Of a DNA stretch of 32,000 nt, positions 25,429 through 32,000 are shown piece after piece. Location of the stretch: assembly GCF_019464535.1 (NCBI RefSeq), contig NZ_CP080507.1, positions 210,001 to 242,000 on the forward strand. The letters are read 5' to 3'. The notes under the pieces are model-generated. The model was not told where the DNA came from, searched no databases, and saw only the letters and a program-made list of their open reading frames with translations. The stretch comes from Horticoccus luteus. Lineage in GTDB: Bacteria > Verrucomicrobiota > Verrucomicrobiia > Opitutales > Opitutaceae. The stretch's first letter is position 1. Every line of letters starts with the position of its first letter. Made by a program: the position numbers and the translations under genes.

Positions 25429-28400
25429 GGCTGGGGCGAAAACGGTGATAGGCGAAGGAAGCGAGGATGGCGATGACGGCGACGGCGAGGAGCGCGCCGA
25501 TGCGGTAGAGCTGACCGAGGCGCGCGAGGTCGTGCGCGTAGAGTTTGACGAGCGCGGCGCTGAGCAACGCGATGGCGGCGTAGCGACCGGCGCGGATGTT
25601 GCGCCAGAGACTGCCGACGAGGAGGCCGAAGGCGAAGAGCGCCCACGCGATCGTGTAGGTCATGTCGCGCGCGAAATGGCCGGAGAATTGAAACGTGAGC
25701 ACGCGCTGGCCGGGCGCGGTGAAGAAATCGGCGATCTCGACATTGAGGAGAAGAAAACCGAGCACGACGGCGAGGCCGTGAAACAGGGGCGCGAGCGAAG
25801 CACCGAGGATGCGTTGGCCGGAACGGGTGAGGAGGCGGGCGCTGAGCACGAGACAGACGATGACGTCGGCGTAAGCGTAAAGATACCAGTTGAGGAGCGG
25901 AGCGGAGGCACGAGCGTGGTAGTGCAGGACGGCGGGGTTGAACGCGAGGCGGGCGAACGCGGCGAGCAGCAAGGCGGCGCCGACGAGATGCAGGCCGGGA
26001 TGCGGCACGCGGCGGTAAAGCCAGAAGAGCGCGAGGCCTTCGAGCGCCCAGCCGATCGTGATCCACTGCCGGTCAAATTGAATCGGGAAAACGAGGGTGA
26101 TGAACAGCAACGCGACGCCGCCGAACCAGGCGAGCTGGTTGAGACGCGCGGAGGTCGGGGACGTTGACGAATCGGCGGGAGCCGCCAGCGGCGGGGCGGG
26201 TCGGGCGCGCACGAGCACGACGAGACTCGCGAGCGGCGCGAGGGTGAACACGAGGGGAAGGAGGCCCATGACGGCGTTGGGCCAGGCGAGTTTCACGAGC
26301 AGGTAAACGAGCGGAAACTGGGCGACGCCGACGAGTGCGGCGGTGGCCCACGGGCCGGTGGCGGCGCGAAAGCGGCCGCGGAAAAGAAACGGAAAGACGG
26401 CGAACAACGCGTAGAACAACGCATACCACGCGAGCGGCGTGGTCGCGCCGGGCGCGGCGGCCCAGCGCTGGTGCCAGAGGTATTCGACGCCGGCGATGCC
26501 GATCAGCGCGCAGAGCGGCAGCCACGCGAGCGTGAAGATCCAGGCGACGCCGAGCGTGAGCACCGCGAGCAGCAACGCGCCGCCGAAGAGTGGCGACGGG
26601 TCCGCGAGTGGGAGGCGTTGGCTCATGAGCATGAGAAGGACGAACGGCAGCAGCGCGGAGAACGCGGGGATTTGTGCGCGGGCATCGCCGAAGATGGCCG
26701 TCCACGCGGAGGGCGTGGGGATTTCCTGGAGACGTTCGCCGGCGCGGCGCCAGAGCAGGAGGCCGAAGGCGAAGAAAAACCCGACGAAGACGCCACCGAC
26801 GAGCAGGAGCGAGGGGACGGACGTGGCAGCGACGGGGAGTTGAAAAATCCACGCGGCGGCGGCGGCGAGCGTCAGGACGAGCACGAGACCGAGGGCGAGA
26901 ATCGTGGCGCTGAGAAACGCGAAGACGACGGCCAGCGCGTCGACGAGGAGAACGCACGGCCAGAAGAGCCACGAGAGCGCGTCGCGCTGAAAGAGCGGCA
27001 CGAGCATCAGCAGCAGCGTGACGGCGGGGAAAAACTGACTCCACGCGGTGGGGCGGCTGGCGGGCGAGCGACGTACGAGGAGGAGGGGAAACGCGGTGTG
27101 AAACGCGGCGAAGACGACGTAGGCCGCGAGGGCGGGACGGAGCGGGGCGACCGCGATGTGGTTGAGCGTCCAGATGGCGAGCAGCAGGAAAACGACGGCG
27201 CCGGCGATGAGGTGGAGTTGCGCCATGGCTTCGTCGCGCCAGGTGAGCGCGAGCAGGCAGGCGTCGAGGGCGAAGATAAATGCGAAGAGCAGGGCGGGTG
27301 CGGCGGCGAAGGCCGGCCCGGTGACAAGGAACAGGACGAAGCCGAATTGGAGCAGCGGAAATCCGGCGGCGGTCGCGGTGAGGAGCGGCGAGGCGCGGCG
27401 GAGGCGGCGCGCGGCGACGTGGGCGAGTTGGAAGAGCACGCTGAAGCCGACGCCGACGATTGCGAGGACGAGGAGCTTTTCCGGCGCGAAGAATTTGGTG
27501 AACCAAGCGACCTCGAGCGCGAGCGTGCCGGCGGCGCCGAGGGGCGCGAGAAACGCCCAGCGTCGCTGGAGGACGACGGCGAGCAGACCGACGTCGAGGA
27601 GCGCGAGATAGGAGAAGAGGCCGACGGGGTTGTCGTGCCCGGTGGAGATCACGACGGGCGTGAGAAAGCCGCCGAGCAGACCGAGGAGGGCGACGACTTT
27701 GGCGTCGAGTCGGATGGCGAGAAGAAACGCGACGGCGGTGATGAGCGCCATCAGGCCGAAGGTCGGGAGCGCGCCGAAGAACACGAAGTGGTAGATCGCG
27801 TGGCAGGAAAACGTGACGGCGTAGAGACTGACGATGCCCGCGGCGCAGAGCGTGTGTGCGGGGATGCGATAGCGCGGACTGCGGATTTTCAGGCCGGTGA
27901 CGACCAGCACGACGCTGGCGAGGAAGCCGAGCGAGACGCGCACCTCCGGCGGGATGAGGTCGTGTTCGAACGAGTATTTGACGAAGAACGCGATGCCGAG
28001 AAAGAGGGCGAGACCGCCGAGCCAGGCGAAGAGTTTGGCGCCCATGAATTGCTCCCAGTCGATGGCGAGGCGGGGGCGGGTGGGCGGCGTGGCGGCCGCA
28101 GTGACCGTGACGGGCGAGAGTTTGGTCGGCGCGAGGACGGGTGGTGATGTCGGAGTCGACGCGGCCGTGGATGCGGGAAAGGGCGCGGCGATGGGCGCGG
28201 GCGGCCGAGGAGTTGAGGGAGCGGCGGGAGGAGTTGGTGTTGGCGACGCGACGGGAACGGCGACGGTGGGCGGGGTGGCAGCGGGTGCGGAGGCGGACGC
28301 GGGAAATTGGCGGAGGCGGACGAGTTGTTGCTCGACTACGGTGAGGCGGAGATCGAGCTCGCGTTGACGCTTGCGGTCGCGATTGGAGCGCACGATCGCG

Positions 28401-28462
28401 ACGATCGGAAGCACCAGAAGAAAAACGAGCAGGACCAGAATCAGAACGAGAACGGCTTCCAT
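25394..28462 (-). CDS. DUF2339-like giant polytopic membrane protein (~1022 aa)
   Basis: Start at ATG 28462 (MEAVLVLILVLLVFLLVLPIVAIV); the track start 28507 adds a non-hydrophobic leader. The order is an N-terminal TM, a charged coiled segment (RDRKRQRELDLRLTVVEQQLVRLRQ), then a ~90-aa Pro/Ala/Thr linker. Next comes IDWEQFMGAKLFAWLGGLALFLGIAFFVKYSFEHDLIPPEVRVSLGFL (a DUF2339-type motif) and more than 20 further hydrophobic helices. It ends in ...NPPPPPVA. Confidence 0.8.
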   Translation of the reverse strand: MEAVLVLILVLLVFLLVLPIVAIVRSNRDRKRQRELDLRLTVVEQQLVRLRQFPASASAPAATPPTVAVPVASPTPTPPAAPSTPRPPAPIAAPFPASTAASTPTSPPVLAPTKLSPVTVTAAATPPTRPRLAIDWEQFMGAKLFAWLGGLALFLGIAFFVKYSFEHDLIPPEVRVSLGFLASVVLVVTGLKIRSPRYRIPAHTLCAAGIVSLYAVTFSCHAIYHFVFFGALPTFGLMALITAVAFLLAIRLDAKVVALLGLLGGFLTPVVISTGHDNPVGLFSYLALLDVGLLAVVLQRRWAFLAPLGAAGTLALEVAWFTKFFAPEKLLVLAIVGVGFSVLFQLAHVAARRLRRASPLLTATAAGFPLLQFGFVLFLVTGPAFAAAPALLFAFIFALDACLLALTWRDEAMAQLHLIAGAVVFLLLAIWTLNHIAVAPLRPALAAYVVFAAFHTAFPLLLVRRSPASRPTAWSQFFPAVTLLLMLVPLFQRDALSWLFWPCVLLVDALAVVFAFLSATILALGLVLVLTLAAAAAWIFQLPVAATSVPSLLLVGGVFVGFFFAFGLLLWRRAGERLQEIPTPSAWTAIFGDARAQIPAFSALLPFVLLMLMSQRLPLADPSPLFGGALLLAVLTLGVAWIFTLAWLPLCALIGIAGVEYLWHQRWAAAPGATTPLAWYALFYALFAVFPFLFRGRFRAATGPWATAALVGVAQFPLVYLLVKLAWPNAVMGLLPLVFTLAPLASLVVLVRARPAPPLAAPADSSTSPTSARLNQLAWFGGVALLFITLVFPIQFDRQWITIGWALEGLALFWLYRRVPHPGLHLVGAALLLAAFARLAFNPAVLHYHARASAPLLNWYLYAYADVIVCLVLSARLLTRSGQRILGASLAPLFHGLAVVLGFLLLNVEIADFFTAPGQRVLTFQFSGHFARDMTYTIAWALFAFGLLVGSLWRNIRAGRYAAIALLSAALVKLYAHDLARLGQLYRIGALLAVAVIAILASFAYHRFRPSHVDNPPPPPVA

Positions 28463-28499
28463 GGGGCGGGGCGGGCCAGTTCTCCCATCAAGGGGCGAA

Positions 28500-28513
28500 G
28501 CGGGCAAGCCCGC
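28500..28513. promoter_or_regulatory. Perfect 14-bp palindrome GCGGGCAAGCCCGC upstream of the DUF2339-like gene
   Basis: Lies 38-51 nt upstream of ATG 28462. On the minus strand it directly follows a TTGACG hexamer (CCCTTGACGCGCGGGCTTGCCCGC). Same architecture as the palindrome at 28546. Confidence 0.4.
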
Positions 28514-28545
28514 GCGTCAAGGGCGCAAAACGTACCATGCAGAGC

Positions 28546-28559
28546 GCGAGCAAGCTCGC
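28546..28559. promoter_or_regulatory. Perfect 14-bp palindrome GCGAGCAAGCTCGC (sister of 28500..28513)
   Basis: Fits the pattern GCG-R-GC-AA-GC-Y-CGC, 46 nt centre-to-centre from the first copy. It is also 34-47 nt downstream of the stop of gene 28593..29408, so it could instead act as a weak terminator hairpin. Confidence 0.35.
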
Positions 28560-28592
28560 TGGCCTACGACCAACGGCAGCGCGCCGGGTCGG

Positions 28593-29408
28593 TCACGGCA
28601 CGAGATACAATTCGACCAGCACCTCGCCGGCGTCGGGCGAACGCGCGAGCGCGGTGTAGGTGCCAGGCGGAAGGATCACGAGCAGCGCGGCATCCTTCGA
28701 ATTTTGCGCGAGCGGAAAGGCGCCCGCTGCGGCGAAGGCATGTTCGAAGTCAGCGGGGGTCGGGACGAATCCAGCGTCGGGGGCCGGCGTCGGCACGGAC
28801 CAATCGTCATTGCTGGCGAGCACAGTCGCGCCGGAATGAAGTTCGAGCGAGACATCGCTCACGGCGTCGGTGACGCCGTAGTTTGCGAGCGTCGGTCCCA
28901 CGGCACGGAGGAGGCAAAGGCGGGGGTGGTCGCCTTGAATGATGAAACCGGCGATGCTCGGTGTGGTGGCGTTGACCAGACTGCGGGCGGAAAGATTGGA
29001 GGCGTGGCCGCCGTCGACGAGCGGGCTGACCCCGAACAAAGTGTCGGGAAAAGGTGAGGAATGGAAAGAGCCCGAGCCGGAGGTTGGAGTATCGAAAGTG
29101 AGCGGATAAGGGCGCAAAGTTTCACCAGGAAAGCTAAGCGCGATTGTGGCTGTGTCGTCCGGATTGACCGTGTAGGTGTAAGTGCCGATTCGCAGCGGTA
29201 AATCTGATCCCAAGGATCCATCGTGGTGATAAAGGTCATAGCAACTGCCGTCGGACTGGAGAAAAACTTCCCGCTGTTCGGATGGGCGGCCGGAGTTGTA
29301 ACTAAAAACCAAGTTGCCGACGGAGGCGGGCGGCGGCACGGCGGCGGCGAGGGAAATGGTGAGGCCGATGAACAAGGCGAGCAGGGCAGGGCGGTTGGGG
29401 CAGCTCAT
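28593..29408 (-). CDS. Secreted hypothetical protein (271 aa)
   Basis: Start at ATG 29408 (MSCPNRPALLALFIGLTISLAAAVPPP, a signal peptide); the track ORF extends spuriously to 29609. The C-terminal half is NLSARSLVNATTPSIAGFIIQGDHPRLCLLRAVGPTLANYGVTDAVSDVSLELHSGATVLASNDDW...GTYTALARSPDAGEVLVELY. Confidence 0.7.
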   Translation of the reverse strand: MSCPNRPALLALFIGLTISLAAAVPPPASVGNLVFSYNSGRPSEQREVFLQSDGSCYDLYHHDGSLGSDLPLRIGTYTYTVNPDDTATIALSFPGETLRPYPLTFDTPTSGSGSFHSSPFPDTLFGVSPLVDGGHASNLSARSLVNATTPSIAGFIIQGDHPRLCLLRAVGPTLANYGVTDAVSDVSLELHSGATVLASNDDWSVPTPAPDAGFVPTPADFEHAFAAAGAFPLAQNSKDAALLVILPPGTYTALARSPDAGEVLVELYLVP

Positions 29409-29458
29409 GGTGGCGGAAGCGTGATTCGGGGTGAGAGGGAAGTGGAGAGACTTTGGCT

Positions 29459-30562
29459 CTACGCTGCGGGCAGTTGAGTGAGATGCGCGAGCCACCGGGA
29501 GAGGCGGGGCCAGACCTGGTCGGCGCCGATGCCGGTGAGGCAGAAGGGTTCGGCGAAATGGCAGTGATCGAAACAGGGTTTGTGCGGGCAGGCGAGTCCC
29601 TCGACCCACGCGGCTTGCGGATGGTCGGGCGCGAAGAGCTCGGGGACTTGCGGGCCGAAGAGCGTGAAGGTCGGCACGCCGCAGAGCGCGGCGATGTGGC
29701 CGGGGCCGGAGTCGTTACCGAGAAACGCGGCGCCGCTGGAGAGCGTGTCGATGAGGTCGTCCATGCTCGTGACGACGCGCGCGGAGGCTTCGTTGAGGGC
29801 GCGCCAGGCGGCGAGTTGCGGCGGATCGCAGAGGACCAGCGGTGCCCAACCGTGCGCGCGGAGGCGCGCGAGGAGGTCGGCGTAACGAGGGAGCGGCCAC
29901 ACGCGAATGGGCTGCGAGGCGCCGCTGTGCAGCACGAGGCGGCGCGGCGCGGCGGGCGGGCGCAGGCGGGGGCGTTGCGCGGGCCACGGTGGAAGGCCGA
30001 GGCGCGCGGCGACGTGGCGCCAGGCGGCGGGGCGATGGACGTGGCCGGCGCCGCCGAGGTTGTCGTCGAGCAGCCAGCCCGCGCGGCCGTGGCCGTAGCC
30101 GAGGAGACGGCGCGGGCGCACGAGGCGGAGAAACATGTGGTCGCGCGCGATGGGCCAGATGGAGGTCGCGGCGGTGAAGCGGCGGGCGCGGAGTTGGCGG
30201 AGCAGGCCGAAGAGGAGCGTCCACGGCCAGCGTTGCACGGGCGGGCCGGAGAACAGCGCCCACGGGGCGACGCAGGGAATCAGTTCCACGTCGGGGACGA
30301 AACGATGGAGGAGACCGGCGGCGTTGGGCGGGGCGAGGAGCGTGACGTCGAAGTGCGTGAGGGCGGATTGGAGAAACGGAATCAGGATCGCGATGTCGCC
30401 GGTGCCGCGGAGTTCGGCGACGAGCAGGGTCGGCCGCCCGGAGGTGGGCGCGCGGGAGAGGAGTGTCGGCGAAGGGGCGGCGGGGCGGACGTGGAAATCG
30501 GATACGGCGCTCAAGGAGGGAAGGGTAAGCGGGCGTGTCGCCTGAGACAAGCGACGCGGCAC
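29459..30562 (-). CDS. Glycosyltransferase family 9 (ADP-heptose:LPS heptosyltransferase-like)
   Basis: LLVAELRGTGDIAILIPFL corresponds to the GT9 N-terminal (R.GALGD) block, LVLHSGASQPIRVWPLPRYADLL to the (hpGas...k.Wp) block, and FLGNDSGPGHIAALCGVPTFTLFGP to the GT9 signature gnDSGpmHlAaA.G.P...lFGP. The start is uncertain: the track start 30562 is a GTG. Confidence 0.85.
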   Translation of the reverse strand: MPRRLSQATRPLTLPSLSAVSDFHVRPAAPSPTLLSRAPTSGRPTLLVAELRGTGDIAILIPFLQSALTHFDVTLLAPPNAAGLLHRFVPDVELIPCVAPWALFSGPPVQRWPWTLLFGLLRQLRARRFTAATSIWPIARDHMFLRLVRPRRLLGYGHGRAGWLLDDNLGGAGHVHRPAAWRHVAARLGLPPWPAQRPRLRPPAAPRRLVLHSGASQPIRVWPLPRYADLLARLRAHGWAPLVLCDPPQLAAWRALNEASARVVTSMDDLIDTLSSGAAFLGNDSGPGHIAALCGVPTFTLFGPQVPELFAPDHPQAAWVEGLACPHKPCFDHCHFAEPFCLTGIGADQVWPRLSRWLAHLTQLPAA

Positions 30563-30663
30563 GGGGAAACGGAGGCGGGCAAGTGGTAACCGGTTGAGTT
30601 ACTTGGCGGCCAGTCGGGAGAGACTCGGGCGCGGCGGAGGAGAGGAAGGTGCAACCTCTTCGG

Positions 30664-31797
30664 TTACGCGTTGAGGCGCGCGGGAAAAAGGAGGCGGCGC
30701 AGGTGAGGGGTGGTGGCGGTGCCGGTGGTGCCGAGTTGGTGGACGACGAGCGAGGCGGCGGCTTGGGCGAGCGTCATGGCCTCATGGATCGTCGCGTCGG
30801 CGGCGAGGGCCAGCGCGAGCGTGGCGGTGACGGTGTCGCCCGCGCCGACGATGTCGATGGGACCGCGGACGGGGAGGGCGGGAACGTGGGCGGCGACGAT
30901 GGACGAAGCGGACGGGAGGGTTGGTCGGGTGGTGGGCGGCGTGGCGGGTGCGGCGCCGATGATGCCGTGTTCGGCGAGCGTGATGAAGACCGGCTGGCCG
31001 TGGCGCGCGGCGAGGGCGCGCGCACCGGCGAGACGTGGCGCGAACGGGATGGCGGACGAGGAAGGTTCAACGTTGGGGCTGGCGGGAAGATCGGAGGGCG
31101 AAGGCGCGGGCGGGAGGGCGGCGGCGAGCGCGGCGAATTCGGCGGCGTTCATTTTCCAAGCGCAGGCGGGGAAACGGGCGAGGCCGTGGCGGCTGTCGGC
31201 GAGGACGACGAGGCGTGGAAGCGCACGAGTGATTTCGGCGAGGGCCATGAGCACGGAGTCGGTGATCGCGCCGCAGCCGGCGACGCCGGCTTGGTCCATC
31301 ACGATGAGGACATCGAGCTGGTCGGCGAGGGCGCGCAGGGCCGCGATGAGCTGAGCTTCGAGCGGGGCGGGAAGGGGCGTGGTGTCTTTGAGGTCGAGGC
31401 GGGAAAGTTCTTCGGGCGCGGCGCCGGGTCGCGGGAGGAGCGGTTTGGTGTAGGTGAAAGTGTGACGCGCGGGCGAGGTAAGGAAGGCGGCGAGGGAGAC
31501 GCCGGGGATGCGTTGGAGCGCGCGGCGGAGTTCGAAGCCCTCGCCGTCGTCGCCGCAGTAGCCGAGGGGAAAAAGCGCGGGTGCGCCGAGCGCGGCGGCG
31601 TTGGCGAGGATGTTGCCGGCGGCGCCGGGCTGGCAGCGGACGCGCAGGATGTTGTGCACGGGGCGGCCGGTTTCGAGGGAGGTTTCCTCGCGCGCGGGAT
31701 CGAGGTCGAAGTAGCGGTCGAGGGAAAAATCGCCGATGACGCCGACGCGGAGGCGGGCGAAACGGGCGGTGAGGGCGTCGAAGCGGGCGGGGGTCAC
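30664..31797 (-). CDS. PfkB-family carbohydrate kinase, RfaE/HldE domain-I-like (putative heptose-7-phosphate kinase), kinase domain only
   Basis: I propose GTG 31797 as the start (VTPARFDALTARFARLRVGVIGDFSLDRYF...); the track ORF to 31959 adds an Arg/Pro-rich leader. GDFSLDRY and PGAAGNILANAAALGA resemble the RfaE kinase N-terminus. The PfkB motif 2 is DIVGAGDTVTATLALALAA. There is no nucleotidyltransferase domain. Confidence 0.75.
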   Translation of the reverse strand: MTPARFDALTARFARLRVGVIGDFSLDRYFDLDPAREETSLETGRPVHNILRVRCQPGAAGNILANAAALGAPALFPLGYCGDDGEGFELRRALQRIPGVSLAAFLTSPARHTFTYTKPLLPRPGAAPEELSRLDLKDTTPLPAPLEAQLIAALRALADQLDVLIVMDQAGVAGCGAITDSVLMALAEITRALPRLVVLADSRHGLARFPACAWKMNAAEFAALAAALPPAPSPSDLPASPNVEPSSSAIPFAPRLAGARALAARHGQPVFITLAEHGIIGAAPATPPTTRPTLPSASSIVAAHVPALPVRGPIDIVGAGDTVTATLALALAADATIHEAMTLAQAAASLVVHQLGTTGTATTPHLRRLLFPARLNA

Positions 31798-31875
31798 GCG
31801 GGGACGGAAACGAAACGCGCGGGGGGTCGCAATCGCGCTTTGCTTCGGTGGGGGGCGTGGGCAGTGTGGCGCGCC

Positions 31876-32000
31876 ATGGCGGCGAACAGCGGGCTGAGCG
31901 GGGAGTTCAAGGCGGCGACGATGCGGGGCGCGGCGGGGTTTTTCCGCGTGGCGCAGCATCGGTCGGGCGCGTGGTGGCTGATCGATCCGGCAGGCGAGCC
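31876..32000 (+). CDS. Hypothetical protein, 5' end only (runs off the window)
   Basis: ATG 31876 opens a frame that stays open to the window edge: MAANSGLSGEFKAATMRGAAGFFRVAQHRSGAWWLIDPAGE. The FFRV....G.WWLIDP.G pattern reminds me of N-termini of some secreted glycoside hydrolases. It is divergent from the kinase gene. Only 41 codons are visible. Confidence 0.35.
   Translation, partial: MAANSGLSGEFKAATMRGAAGFFRVAQHRSGAWWLIDPAGE

Noticed and set aside
1-32000. Search for CRISPR arrays, IS elements, integrons, toxin-antitoxin pairs and classic defence genes.
   Set aside because: There are no regularly spaced direct repeats, no transposase, integrase or recombinase-like ORFs, no terminal inverted repeats, and no nuclease, ATPase or methyltransferase signatures in any credible ORF.

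Overview
This is a very GC-rich bacterial chromosomal window. Hand-counted lines are about 68% G+C, and most six-frame ORFs are Arg/Ala/Gly/Pro-rich antisense or off-frame artefacts. I support about 24 protein genes, one tmRNA gene and one gene remnant.

Left to right:
- msrP 5' part (truncated by the window edge).
- An unusual DUF4177-like protein carrying three diverged ~85-aa repeats.
- A NarL-type response regulator, translationally coupled to a soluble REC-pseudoREC-HisKA_3 kinase.
- An atu/liu-like acyl-CoA catabolic cluster: crotonase, split AtuA, carboxyltransferase beta subunit and a divergent acyl-CoA dehydrogenase.
- ssrA (tmRNA).
- Quinone oxidoreductase.
- A sugar-acid/polysaccharide block: GH28 polygalacturonase, enolase-superfamily dehydratase, SMP-30 lactonase, MFS transporter and a heparinase II/III-like lyase. 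It is interrupted by a GAF-PAS histidine kinase, a stand-alone receiver and an APH-kinase gene remnant.
- A co-directional minus-strand envelope array: PfkB heptose-kinase-like gene, GT9 heptosyltransferase, a secreted protein, then a giant DUF2339-like polytopic membrane protein overlapping a DUF3999-like internally duplicated anchored protein.

The DUF2339/DUF3999 pair, with twin palindromes upstream, and the DUF4177 triple-repeat protein are the best candidates for uncharacterised biology. I saw no CRISPR array, transposase, integrase or recognisable defence genes. Gene content is compatible with Verrucomicrobiota (Opitutaceae-like), but that is only an impression. All family names come from motif recognition by eye and need HMM or BLAST confirmation.
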